From Acidimicrobiales bacterium (lineage in GTDB: Bacteria; Actinomycetota; Acidimicrobiia; Acidimicrobiales; Aldehydirespiratoraceae), in NCBI GenBank assembly GCA_965116965.1, contig OZ220743.1:111262-175261 (forward strand): a stretch of DNA of 64,000 nt, in the 5' to 3' direction. Each line of letters begins with the position of its first letter. Position 1 is the first letter of the stretch. The translations under genes and the position numbers were made by a program. The notes under the pieces are model-generated. The model saw only the letters and a program-made list of their open reading frames with translations. It ran no database searches and was not told where the DNA came from. Below, piece by piece: positions 27,025-36,165 of this stretch.

Positions 27025-28400
27025 TCACTGGTTGGCGATCTCGTGCTCCAGCCGAGCCTCGATGTGGGCTCGGGCCGCTTCGGTCCGGGTGGGCAGGTGC
27101 ATCGACGGATAGAAGCCGTCGGAGGGCTTGTACCCCTTGAGCACCTGCTTGGCGATGGTGTCCTTGTGGACCTCGGTCGGGCCGTCGGCGATGCCCATGA
27201 TCGGACCCGACATCCACATTTGAGCCAGCGGCATCTGGTTGGACACGCCGAGCGAGCCGTGGGCGTGCATGGCCCGGTACACCACGTCGATCAGCACCCT
27301 GGGCGTGGCCACCTTCACGCCGGCGATGTGGTGGCGGATCTTGGCGTAGTCGCCCACTTCGTCGATCAGCCAGGCGCAATGCAGCACCTGGAGGCGGAAC
27401 TGCTGGATCTGAACCCACGAGTCGGCGATCCAGTGCTGGATAGCCTGCTTCTCAGCGATCAGCGAGCCCTTGGTCTCCCGTGACAGCACCCGCTCGCACA
27501 TCATGTCCAACGCCCGCTGCGCCGTGCCCACCGAGCGCATGGCGTGATGGACCCGGCCCCCGCCCAGGCGGGTCTGGGCGATCTTGAAGCCCGATCCCTC
27601 CTCACCCAGCAGGTTCTCCGCCGGCACCCGCACGTCGTTGAACCGCAGATGGGGATGGTCGCCCTCGCCCAGAGGCTCGGAGCCCAAGCCCACATCGGTC
27701 ACCACCTCCAGGCCCTCCGCGTCCGAAGGCACCAGGACCATCGACGAGCCCCCAGGCCCTCCAGGCCCCTCGCTTGCCAGTCGACGCGGGACAGCCGGGC
27801 GATGGCCTCCACCACCTCGTAGGCCAGCCCGGCCCGGGCGTCCAGGTCCGAGTAGAACGGCTCGGGCCACTCCGGTTCGCTGATCGGCGACCATCCGTCC
27901 ACGTAGTCCATCAGGTAGAAGGCGGCGCCCAGCACGTCGGGGTCGTCGCAGGCACCGGCGGCGCGGGCGTGGGGCACGTCGGTGCCGTCGAGCGCGGCCA
28001 GGATGCGGAACTCGCGCATCATGGTCTCGTTGCGGCCCGGCGGTACCTGCCTCGGCGGGCGGCGCAAGGCCCAGCGATGCCCGCCCCGGCTCACCTCGAA
28101 GATCTCGTTGGACGCCCCGCCTGTGATGAAACGCACCGCCAAGGGCTCGCCGGCGCCGGGCAGACCCTGATCGTCCATCCAGGCACCGAGCCTCTCGGAG
28201 TCGACCAGACCCTCCGTGCGCTCGCCCTCGGGATCCCGCTTACCGGCGCGGCTTGCGGGAGGACCCTCCGTCTGGCGGCCGGTCGGCGGACTCACAGCGA
28301 CCGAACCTACCGGCGGCCGGTCCGCACCCACCTCTAGAGTCGGGCGGAGTGCGGGTCTAGAGTCGGGCGATGCTGCGGTGTTCTGAGTTCGACGAATCAC
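27025..28400 (-). pseudogene. deletion remnant joining the N-terminal part of an APH-type phosphotransferase to the C-terminal half of an acyl-CoA dehydrogenase
   Basis: Upstream frame: LAVRFITGGASNEIFEVSRGGHRWALRRPP...FYLMDYVDGW...VDWQARGLEG (aminoglycoside-phosphotransferase-like). Near 27,740-27,760 the reading switches frame to SMVLVPSDAEGLEVV...GGGRVHHAMRSVGTAQRALDMMCERVLSRETKGSLIAEKQAIQHWIADSW...GPTEVHKDTIAKQVLKGY, an ACAD10/11-type C-terminal half. Confidence 0.6.
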
Positions 28401-29356
28401 TGCGGATCGCGAGTCCGCCGCTGGCCTCGCTGCGGGTCCGGATACTGCGGCTCTCCGCCATCGGGCTGGCCCGAGTCATCGACGGTGCGGCCTGGATCGG
28501 TTCGCGCCTCCCCGCTTGGGTGGCTCACGGTCTGGCTGCACTGGGCGGGAACATCCAATGGGCCCTGCGGCCCAAGCGACGCCGGGCTCTGGCTGCCAAC
28601 CTTTGCCACGCCGTCGGGGCGCCACCCACCCATCGATCGGTCCGACGAGTGGTGCGCGGGGTGATGATCAACGAGGCCCACGCCGCTGCCGACCTGCTCT
28701 GGGCCATCGGGAAGCCAAGGGAGTTCCTGGACACGGTCGTCTACGAGAACTGGCACTTCGTCGACTCCACCGTCGCCCAGGGCCGGGGTCTGATCCTCGC
28801 AGGAACCCACCTCGGCGGATGGGAGGTGGCCACCGCCATCCCCGGAGAGAAGGTTGCGGTGCCCACGAACGTGATCGTGGCCGACAACTGGATCGCCTGG
28901 GCCATCGAGCACGTACGGGCCGGGGTCGGGCTGCGAGTGATGTACCGGCAGACGGCGGCCCTGCGCAGCGTGCGGCGACTCCAGGCCGGTGAGGCGGTGC
29001 TGCTTCTCGGCGACAACAGCGAGTTCGCCGGACACGCCCATACAGTTCGCTTCCTGGACAGCGAGATGCGGATGGCGGCCGGCGTGGCCGCCTTGGCCCG
29101 GCTGGCAGGCTCGCCCATCATCTCGTTCACGGTCCTGCCGCTAGGTCACCGCCGGTGGAGGGCCACAATGGATCCACCCATCGAGCCGCCGTCGCTTGAG
29201 GCGAGCAGGGCCGGCGAGCAGGCTGTGCTCCAGGAACTGGCGGATCGCTGGTCTGACGCAATCAGGGCCAATCCGGAGCACTGGGCGATGGCTGCCCCCC
29301 TCCATTGGATCGAAACAACCGGCGAAGAGAGGGCCCGGAAGGAGCCGCCGGGATGA
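28370..29356 (+). CDS. lysophospholipid/lipid-A-type acyltransferase (HtrB/LpxL-PatA family)
   Basis: GRGLILAGTHLGGWE (the H-x-G-x-W-E acyltransferase motif) and the overall LABLAT-like layout. Confidence 0.75.
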   Translation: MLRCSEFDESLRIASPPLASLRVRILRLSAIGLARVIDGAAWIGSRLPAWVAHGLAALGGNIQWALRPKRRRALAANLCHAVGAPPTHRSVRRVVRGVMINEAHAAADLLWAIGKPREFLDTVVYENWHFVDSTVAQGRGLILAGTHLGGWEVATAIPGEKVAVPTNVIVADNWIAWAIEHVRAGVGLRVMYRQTAALRSVRRLQAGEAVLLLGDNSEFAGHAHTVRFLDSEMRMAAGVAALARLAGSPIISFTVLPLGHRRWRATMDPPIEPPSLEASRAGEQAVLQELADRWSDAIRANPEHWAMAAPLHWIETTGEERARKEPPG

Positions 29357-30012
29357 AGATCCTCCGGGAGTTCGCCATCGGCGCGTTGTGCATCGGCTGC
29401 TATATGGGCGTCCGCCGGCTGGTGTGGAACGACCGGGGGCGGCAGCGGGCCGCCCGCAACGCCGATCGGGTGGTGGCCCTCGAAGAACGTCTCGGTATGC
29501 GAATCGAGCCCGCGGTCCAGCGGGTGGCCCTGCGCCACCGCTGGCTGGTCGACATGCTCAACGTGGGGTACGCGGTCGGCAACCTCAGTTTCAGCGCCGG
29601 GTGGCTGATCGTGCTCCACCGCCGTGGCAGCCCTGCCTTCTTCCGGGAGCGGCGGGCCGCGGTAGCGGCCTACGCCGCGGCCCTGCCCGTATTCCTGGCC
29701 TTTCCCACCGCACCTCCCCGCAACCGCGACGACCAAGTCGACACACTGCTCGACCGGGGCATCGACCTCGAGCACCAGACGCTGGTCAAGCTCTACAACC
29801 CCATCGCGGCCATGCCCAGCCACCATGTGGCCTTCGCGGTGGTCACCGGGCTCGGGATGGGCCGCTTCGCCCGCAATCCGGCGATGCGCGCCGTCGGGGT
29901 CGTCTACCCGGCCGCCGTGGCCGCGGTGGTGGTGGCCACGGGCAACCATTACACCCTGGATGTGGTCGCCGGGGCCGCTCTAGGCGTCGTGGCGAGGATC
30001 GCCACGCGATGA
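29353..30012 (+). CDS. PAP2_3 / sphingomyelin-IPC-synthase-like phosphotransferase membrane protein
   Basis: Its ATG overlaps the upstream stop (ATGA). Motifs AMPSHHVAFAV and NHYTLDVVAGAALG correspond to the S-x-H and H-Y-T-x-D-V motifs of the PAP2/SMS superfamily. Confidence 0.7.
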   Translation: MKILREFAIGALCIGCYMGVRRLVWNDRGRQRAARNADRVVALEERLGMRIEPAVQRVALRHRWLVDMLNVGYAVGNLSFSAGWLIVLHRRGSPAFFRERRAAVAAYAAALPVFLAFPTAPPRNRDDQVDTLLDRGIDLEHQTLVKLYNPIAAMPSHHVAFAVVTGLGMGRFARNPAMRAVGVVYPAAVAAVVVATGNHYTLDVVAGAALGVVARIATR

Positions 30013-31172
30013 GCCGTCAAACCCCCGCCGGCGACCCAACCCCACCCGACCCCCAGGATCCACCTTCGCCCGAGCCGCCAGATCCGCAGGATCCGCCCTC
30101 GACCGAGTCCATGTCGCCGGCCGCGGCGAACCGGCTCGAAGCATTGCGGGCGCTGCGGCCGGGGCAGGTGATCCTGACCGTCGGGGTGGCCGTGATCGTG
30201 ACCACGGTGCTGGTGGTTTCCATCGGTCGGCTGGCCGGGTTCACCAAGTTGAGCGACACGCTCAGCGGCGCCACCTGGGGCTGGCTCGGCCTGTGCGCTG
30301 TCGGCCAGATCGGGGTCTTCGTCGGCTACGCCGGAGCGTTCCGCATGTCGGTGGCCGCCGGCGGCGCTTCCCTTGCCGAGCCTGGCAGCCACCCGCCCCC
30401 GGTGCGGTTCTGGTACTCGCTCAAGGTGGCCCTGGCGGGATTCGGCCTCACCCAGCTTGTTGCCGCGGGCGGTGCTGCCGGCATGGCGTTCACGTTCTGG
30501 GTGTTCCGCCGGCTGGGGTTCTCCAGGCGCAACGCCATGGTTCAGCTCATCGCCCTCAATACTGCGGTCTACTTGGTCTTCGGCCTGCTGGGATGGCTGG
30601 GCGCGCTGGTGGGCCTGCTGGATCCGGCCATACCGGTAGTCATGGCCGGATGCTGGCTGGCCGGCTTCGCCGCGGCGATCGCGCTGGCTCTCTGGTTCAT
30701 CCACCCCGCCCGCAGAGCCCGGTTCACCGCATCCGAGGACTCGTCCCGCGTGCGCCGGGCTCTCGCAGTCGGCGTCTCAGCTGCGGCCCGGGTGCAGGAA
30801 TTCTCGCACACCGCCGACGGGCGCCGGCTGCTCGCCTGGGCGCTGCTGTACTGGGTCGGCGACCTGGTCAGCCTGTGGGCGGCCCTGCAGGCCTTCGGCG
30901 TGACGGTCTCGGCGCCCGCCATCGTGGTCGCCTACGTGCTGGGATACCTGGCCCAGTCGGTGCCTGTCCCGCTCATCGCTACCGGGGGTGTGGACGCGGT
31001 CACCACCTTCACCCTGCGAGCAGTCGGCGTTCCGATCGAAGTGGCCCTGCTGGGAGTAGTGGCCCACCGGGTGTTCGCCTTCTGGCTGCCCGTGATACCG
31101 GGCCTGTGGTCGGCCACGGCGCTGGCCCGAAACGAGATGCGTGCCGCCGCCCCAACCCCGAAATCCCTGTAG
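30009..31172 (+). CDS. UPF0104 / lysylphosphatidylglycerol-synthase-TM-region (flippase-like) membrane protein
   Basis: Its ATG overlaps the upstream stop (ATGA). It has a Pro-rich N-terminus followed by about 8 TM segments. The C-terminal LIATGGVDAVTTFTLRAVGVPIEVALLGVVAHRVFAFWLP is typical of the family. Confidence 0.7.
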   Translation: MSRQTPAGDPTPPDPQDPPSPEPPDPQDPPSTESMSPAAANRLEALRALRPGQVILTVGVAVIVTTVLVVSIGRLAGFTKLSDTLSGATWGWLGLCAVGQIGVFVGYAGAFRMSVAAGGASLAEPGSHPPPVRFWYSLKVALAGFGLTQLVAAGGAAGMAFTFWVFRRLGFSRRNAMVQLIALNTAVYLVFGLLGWLGALVGLLDPAIPVVMAGCWLAGFAAAIALALWFIHPARRARFTASEDSSRVRRALAVGVSAAARVQEFSHTADGRRLLAWALLYWVGDLVSLWAALQAFGVTVSAPAIVVAYVLGYLAQSVPVPLIATGGVDAVTTFTLRAVGVPIEVALLGVVAHRVFAFWLPVIPGLWSATALARNEMRAAAPTPKSL

Positions 31173-31218
31173 TAGAGGACCGCAGGAGTCCCTGCCGGAA
31201 GGGTTCTTGCTCGGAGGC

Positions 31219-32481
31219 CTACCGCGCGAAGGGATCGGCGGCTCCGGAGCGGGCACTCGGAGCGAACGTCACCGGCATCGACACCACGCCGGTCATCAGA
31301 AGGTTGCCCGGGTACGGCTCGAAACCCTCGGCGTCGACCTCGTAGTCGCCGATGCGTCTGAGCACGTCGCCCAGCATCAGCTCGGACTCGATGCGGGCTA
31401 TCGACGACCCGATGCAGCGGTGGCCGCCCAGACCGAAGGCCAAGTGCTTGTTGACGGCACGGTCGATGCGCACCTCGTCGGCTCCGTCGAACACCGACGG
31501 ATCGTGATTGGCGGCCACCCAGCTGATGAACACCACATCGCCCCGGCGGATCTGGCGGCCTCCCAACTCCACGTCGCGGGTGGCAGTGCGGGTGAGCGTC
31601 TCACTGGGGCTGTAGAAGCGCAGGAACTCCTCCACCGCTCCGCCGATGAGGCCGGGATCGGCGATCAGCCGGGTCCGGTCGGCGGGATGGGTGCCGAGGT
31701 GGTGCAGGCCCCACGACACCAGCGACGTCGTCGTGTCGAGACCGCCGGCCACCAAGTTCCACATGATCCCGGTGATCTCGTCATCGGTCAGGGGCCGACC
31801 GTCGATGACCGCGGCGACCAGGGCGGAGGTCACGTCGTCCGCCGGGTTGGCTCGCCGGAAGGCGGCGAAGCCGGCTAGTTCGGCCCACATGTCGTCGCGG
31901 CGGGCCACGGCGCTCCGGAACCTGTCATCGGAGGGCTCGTAGGACGCGGTGGCGTGGAAGAAGTCGGCGTAGTGTCTCCAGTTGGACGAATCCATGCCCA
32001 TCAGCTCGAGGGTCAGCACCGCCGGCACCGGGGTGGCGTAGTCAAGGACCAGATCGGCGGCGCCGGCCTCGGTGATCTGGTCGAGGAACCAGGCCGAGAC
32101 CGCCTCCATCCTCGGTCGCCGGCACTCGATGACACGAGTGGTCATATGCGGGTTGAGCACCCGGCGCAGGTCGGCGTGCTCGGGTCCGTCGACCTCCGAC
32201 ACCCCCATGCGGGGCACATGAGGCGGCCGGGGAATGCCGCAGACGCCGTGGTAGGAGATCCCGTCGTCGGAGTCGGGCTCGTACTTGTGGGCGAAGGTGT
32301 CGTTGTCGCGGGCCACCGCGGCCACCGACTCGTAGTCGGTGACCATCCAGAAGCCCCCGTAGCGCTGGTTGAACACCACCGGGCACCGGTCCCGCAACTC
32401 GGCATATCGGCCGTGGCGATCAGCAATGAAGCTCGGGGCTTGATGGTCAACATCGATGGTGCCGTGGGGCAGGTCTTGCAT
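31219..32481 (-). CDS. cytochrome P450
   Basis: Heme-binding loop FGLGGHRCIGSSIA, the EEFLRFYSP (E-x-x-R) motif and the I-helix NLVAGGLDTT. Confidence 0.9.
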   Translation of the reverse strand: MQDLPHGTIDVDHQAPSFIADRHGRYAELRDRCPVVFNQRYGGFWMVTDYESVAAVARDNDTFAHKYEPDSDDGISYHGVCGIPRPPHVPRMGVSEVDGPEHADLRRVLNPHMTTRVIECRRPRMEAVSAWFLDQITEAGAADLVLDYATPVPAVLTLELMGMDSSNWRHYADFFHATASYEPSDDRFRSAVARRDDMWAELAGFAAFRRANPADDVTSALVAAVIDGRPLTDDEITGIMWNLVAGGLDTTTSLVSWGLHHLGTHPADRTRLIADPGLIGGAVEEFLRFYSPSETLTRTATRDVELGGRQIRRGDVVFISWVAANHDPSVFDGADEVRIDRAVNKHLAFGLGGHRCIGSSIARIESELMLGDVLRRIGDYEVDAEGFEPYPGNLLMTGVVSMPVTFAPSARSGAADPFAR

Positions 32482-32576
32482 AGGTCTGGCCGATCCCGGT
32501 GCCGCGCATCGTACCCCGGTCGAGAGTCGCAGACAGGACCGGCGAGCCCCCCAACCCGGAGGCCGAGCGGGCAGGC

Positions 32577-32815
32577 GCGCGAGTCGGGGCCCAAGCGGGC
32601 GAGGCCGTGGCCCGAGCAGCCCTCAGGTCGCGGGACGCGCGAGTCGGGGCCCAAGCGGGCGAGGCCGTACGGGCGAGCGGCCCTCAGGTCGCGGGACGCG
32701 CGAGTCGGGGCCCAAGCGGGCGAGGCCGTGGCCCGAGCAGCCCTCAGGTCGCGGGACGCGCGAGTCGGGGCCCAAGCGGGCGAGGCCGTACGGGCGAGCG
32801 GCCCTCAGGTCGCAG
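32577..32815 (+). repeat. tandem array, 4 units of 60/61 bp (two alternating variants), related to the dispersed intergenic element
   Basis: gcgcgagtcggggcccaagcgggcgaggccgtggcccgagcagccctcaggtcgcgggac alternates with a ...gtacgggcgagcggcc... variant. Unit starts are at 32577, 32637, 32698 and 32758. The last unit ends ...cgcagcgaacgagatcgggag, as in the single-copy elements. Confidence 0.9.
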
Positions 32816-33000
32816 CGAACGAGATCGGGAGACACTCCGCCGCACCGTGACTGGCTTCTGCGCGCCCGCGCGTGTTCTAGGGTGAAGACGATCCCGGAGC
32901 GGTTCTTCTTGGCGGCTTGCGCACGCCCGCGCGTGTTCTAGGGTCTTCGGCGGTGACTGACCAGCCAGAAGACCAGGCAGCCGGCCGCGCCGCACCGGCC

Positions 33001-34686
33001 ATGACGGTGGCAGAGGCCGACGCCGCCCTCACCGGCCCGGGCGGGTTCTTCGAGATCGTCACCGAGAACGTCGGCGGGATCGAGATGGGAGTGGTGGCCG
33101 GCCCGCACCAGAGCCTGCGAGACCTGCTGGCCGCCTCGGCAAACCACGGCGGCGACGGCTCGGCCCGCTACTACCTCTTCGACGACGGCCGCCGCGCCAC
33201 TTTCGCCGAGAACATCGACCACGCCGCGGCAGTGGCCGCGGCCCTCTCACAGCGCTACGGGGTGGAGCCCGGCGACCGGGTGGGCCTGCTGGGATCCAAC
33301 CAGCCGGGCTGGATCCAGGCATTCTGGGGGACGGTCAGCGCGGGAGCTGTCGCGGTGGCCATGAACGGCTGGTGGAAGGGCGACGAGATCCGCTACGGCC
33401 TCGGGCTGACCGAGCCCAAGGTGCTGATCGCCGACCGCCGGCGCCTGGAGCGCCTCCACCACGATCCAGGTGTGCCGGTGATCGCCATGGATCCTGATCC
33501 GGACGCGGCGGCAACGATCGACGGCCTGGTCGACGCCTATGCCGGCACTCCCCTTCCCGACTGTGAGATCGCCATCGACGACCCAGCCGCCATCCTGTTC
33601 ACCTCAGGCACGACGGGCAGGCCCCGGGGCGCCATCCAGACCCAGCGCAACTTCTTCGCCTATCTGACCTGCGCTTTCATGATCGGCGCCCGCCAGTTCA
33701 TGCGCTTCCCGGGCGAGACGATGGACGTCGGCGGGCCGACCCTGGCGTGCAGCCCCCTGTTCCACGTGTCCGGCCTGCACGCCTGCGCGGTGATGGCCGT
33801 CGGAGCCGGCTTCAACCATCTGTGGACCACCGGCCGCTACGACGCCGAGAAGATCTTGCGCCTCACCGAGGAGCACGGCATCGCCCGCTGGTCGGGAGTG
33901 ACCACCCAGGTCTGGCGACTGATCGAGCATCCTCGGTTGAGCGACTACGACACCTCGTCAGTCACCAGCATCGGCGGCGGCGGGTCTGTCTGGTCGCCGG
34001 AGCTGCAGGAGACATGCCGGACCGCCCTGCCCCACGCCCGCATCAGCGTCACCATCGGCTACGGGCTCACCGAGAGCTCGGGTCTGGCCACCAGCGCAGC
34101 CGACGATGTGCTGAAGGCCCATCCCGACTCGGTGGGCTACCCGCTGCCCACCGTCGGTGTGCGCATCACCGACGACGACGGCCGCGAGCTTCCCACCGGC
34201 GAGGTCGGCAACATCTGCCTGTCCGGTCCGGTGGTCACCCCCGGCTACTGGAACGACGCCGCCGCCACCGCGGAGACCATCCGCGACGGCTGGCTGCGCA
34301 CCGGCGACTACGGATACCTCCGGGACGGGCTGCTGTTCCTGGTGAGCCGGCGCAGCGACCTCATCATCCGCGGCGGCGAGAACATCTACCCCGCCGAGAT
34401 CGAGCAGCGCCTCGACGCCCACCCCGCGGTGGCCGAGTCGGCCGTGGTGGGCGTGGAGCACCGGGAGCTGGGCCAGGAGGTGAAGGCAGTCGTGGTGGTC
34501 GGCGAGGAGCCGCCCGCCGCCGACCTGATCGGAGAACTCGAGGCCTGGGTGGCCGCTACATTGGCCGACATCAAGGTTCCGGCCCACTGGGAATTGCGGA
34601 CCGGCCCGCTGCCCCGGAACGCCACCGGCAAGATCCTCAAGCAAGTCGTGCGGGGCGACGCCGACTACGACTTCATCGAGGAGTAG
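33001..34686 (+). CDS. AMP-dependent acyl-CoA synthetase/ligase
   Basis: AMP-binding motifs ILFTSGTTGRPRGA, GYGLTESSG and TGDYGYLRDGLLFLVSRRSDLIIRGGENIYPAEIE. The start is set at ATG 33001; the ORF is open from 32917. Confidence 0.85.
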   Translation: MTVAEADAALTGPGGFFEIVTENVGGIEMGVVAGPHQSLRDLLAASANHGGDGSARYYLFDDGRRATFAENIDHAAAVAAALSQRYGVEPGDRVGLLGSNQPGWIQAFWGTVSAGAVAVAMNGWWKGDEIRYGLGLTEPKVLIADRRRLERLHHDPGVPVIAMDPDPDAAATIDGLVDAYAGTPLPDCEIAIDDPAAILFTSGTTGRPRGAIQTQRNFFAYLTCAFMIGARQFMRFPGETMDVGGPTLACSPLFHVSGLHACAVMAVGAGFNHLWTTGRYDAEKILRLTEEHGIARWSGVTTQVWRLIEHPRLSDYDTSSVTSIGGGGSVWSPELQETCRTALPHARISVTIGYGLTESSGLATSAADDVLKAHPDSVGYPLPTVGVRITDDDGRELPTGEVGNICLSGPVVTPGYWNDAAATAETIRDGWLRTGDYGYLRDGLLFLVSRRSDLIIRGGENIYPAEIEQRLDAHPAVAESAVVGVEHRELGQEVKAVVVVGEEPPAADLIGELEAWVAATLADIKVPAHWELRTGPLPRNATGKILKQVVRGDADYDFIEE

Positions 34687-34723
34687 AAGTAAGGCCAGAG
34701 GCCGAGCGGACAGGAAGAGACCC

Positions 34724-34816
34724 ATGAGCAGCTTCGCGAGGCAGACAGCGAGGCCGTGGCCCGAGCGGCCCGCGAGCGCAGCGAACAAGAGCGGGAGTGA
34801 CGCCCCATGGACATGA
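34724..34816 (+). CDS. 30-codon intercistronic mini-ORF carried by the dispersed element
   Basis: Encodes MSSFARQTARPWPERPASAANKSGSDAPWT. Its TGA (34814-34816) overlaps the second ATG (34813) of the downstream amidohydrolase as ATGA. It is homologous to the mini-ORF at 48705-48797. Confidence 0.45.
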   Translation: MSSFARQTARPWPERPASAANKSGSDAPWT

Positions 34817-36081
34817 ACGACATGATCCTGGTGAGCGTCGACGATCACTTGTGCGAGCCGCCTGACATGTTCGACCATCACCTGCCGGCCAAGTGGCGCG
34901 ACGAGGCCCCCAAGATCCTCCACACCGACAACGGCGACGACGTGTGGACCTTCAACGGCTCGATCATCCCCAACATCGGCCTCAACGCGGTGGCCGGCCG
35001 GCCCAAGGAGGAGTACGGCATCGAGCCGACCAGCTTCGACGAGATCCGGCCCGGCTGCTACAACGTCGGCGAGCGTGTCAAGGACATGAGCGCGGGCGGG
35101 GTGCTCGGATCGATGTGCTTCCCGTCGTTCCCCGGCTTCGCCGGGCGGCTGTTCGCCAACCACCCCGACAAGGACTTCGCGGCCGACCTGATCCGGGCCT
35201 ACAACGACTGGCACATCGGCGAGTGGTGCGGCGCCTACCCGGGCCGGTTCATCCCGATGGCGCTGCCCATGATCTGGTCGGCCGACGAGTGCGCGGCCGA
35301 GGTGCGCCGGGTGTCGGAGTTGGGCTGCCACTCGATGACCTTCACCGAGAACCCGGTCCCGCTGGGCCGGCCCAGCTTCCACGACCGCTACTGGGACCCG
35401 CTGTGGGAGGCCCTGGTGGACTGCGGGACGGTGCTGTCCATCCACCTGGGGTCGTCGGGCCAGATGGTGGTGAGCGCACCCGACGCGCCCATGGACGTGA
35501 TGATCCACATGCAGCCCATGAACACGTCGATCGCGGCCTCCGACCTCTTATGGTCGACGGTGCCGAGGCGGTATCCAGGGCTGAAGATCGCCCTGTCGGA
35601 GGGCGGGTCCGGCTGGGTTCCGTACTTCATGGACCGGGCCGACAAGACCTACGACATGCACCACCTGTGGACCGGCCAGTCCTTCGGCGACCTCAAGCCC
35701 AGCGACGTGTTCCGGCGCAACTTCCTCACCTGCTTCATCTCCGACCCGGTGGGGGTGGCCCTGCGTCACGAGATCGGCATCAACAACCTCTGCTGGGAGA
35801 TGGACTACCCCCACTCGGATTCGAACTGGCCCGAAGCCCCCGAGGAGCTGGTGGAGGTGTTCGAGGGCGTGCCCGACGCCGATATCGACCGGATCACCCA
35901 CCTCAACGCCATGGACTGGTTCAACTACGACCCGTTCTCGGTGCTGGACCGCTCAGACTGCACGGTGGGGGCGCTGCGGGCGTCGGTGGCCGGCCACGAC
36001 GTGTCGATCCAGTCGCGCGACACCGGCCGTCACGGCGGCAAGAACACGTCCCTCCAGGACTTCGCCGTCAAGACCCGCTGA
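34807..36081 (+). CDS. amidohydrolase-2 (ACMSD-like metal-dependent hydrolase/decarboxylase) family protein
   Basis: LVSVDDHLCEPPDMF..., MCFPSFPG..., WEMDYPHSDSNWP are typical amidohydrolase_2 blocks. The alternative start ATG 34813 is coupled to the mini-ORF stop. Confidence 0.8.
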   Translation: MDMNDMILVSVDDHLCEPPDMFDHHLPAKWRDEAPKILHTDNGDDVWTFNGSIIPNIGLNAVAGRPKEEYGIEPTSFDEIRPGCYNVGERVKDMSAGGVLGSMCFPSFPGFAGRLFANHPDKDFAADLIRAYNDWHIGEWCGAYPGRFIPMALPMIWSADECAAEVRRVSELGCHSMTFTENPVPLGRPSFHDRYWDPLWEALVDCGTVLSIHLGSSGQMVVSAPDAPMDVMIHMQPMNTSIAASDLLWSTVPRRYPGLKIALSEGGSGWVPYFMDRADKTYDMHHLWTGQSFGDLKPSDVFRRNFLTCFISDPVGVALRHEIGINNLCWEMDYPHSDSNWPEAPEELVEVFEGVPDADIDRITHLNAMDWFNYDPFSVLDRSDCTVGALRASVAGHDVSIQSRDTGRHGGKNTSLQDFAVKTR

Positions 36082-36093
36082 GCCCCCACCCCA

Positions 36094-36147
36094 CCGAAAT
36101 TGATGCGGATATTGGGTGTGGGCTACCCAATTCGTCGCCAATTTCGG
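36094..36147. repeat. long imperfect palindrome (copy 1 of a two-copy element)
   Basis: The outer stem ccgaaattg/caatttcgg and inner stem attgggt/acccaat lie between convergent stops (36081 and 36166). The homologous copy is at 57415-57467. Confidence 0.7.
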
Positions 36148-36165
36148 GGGATGAGCGAGGATGGG

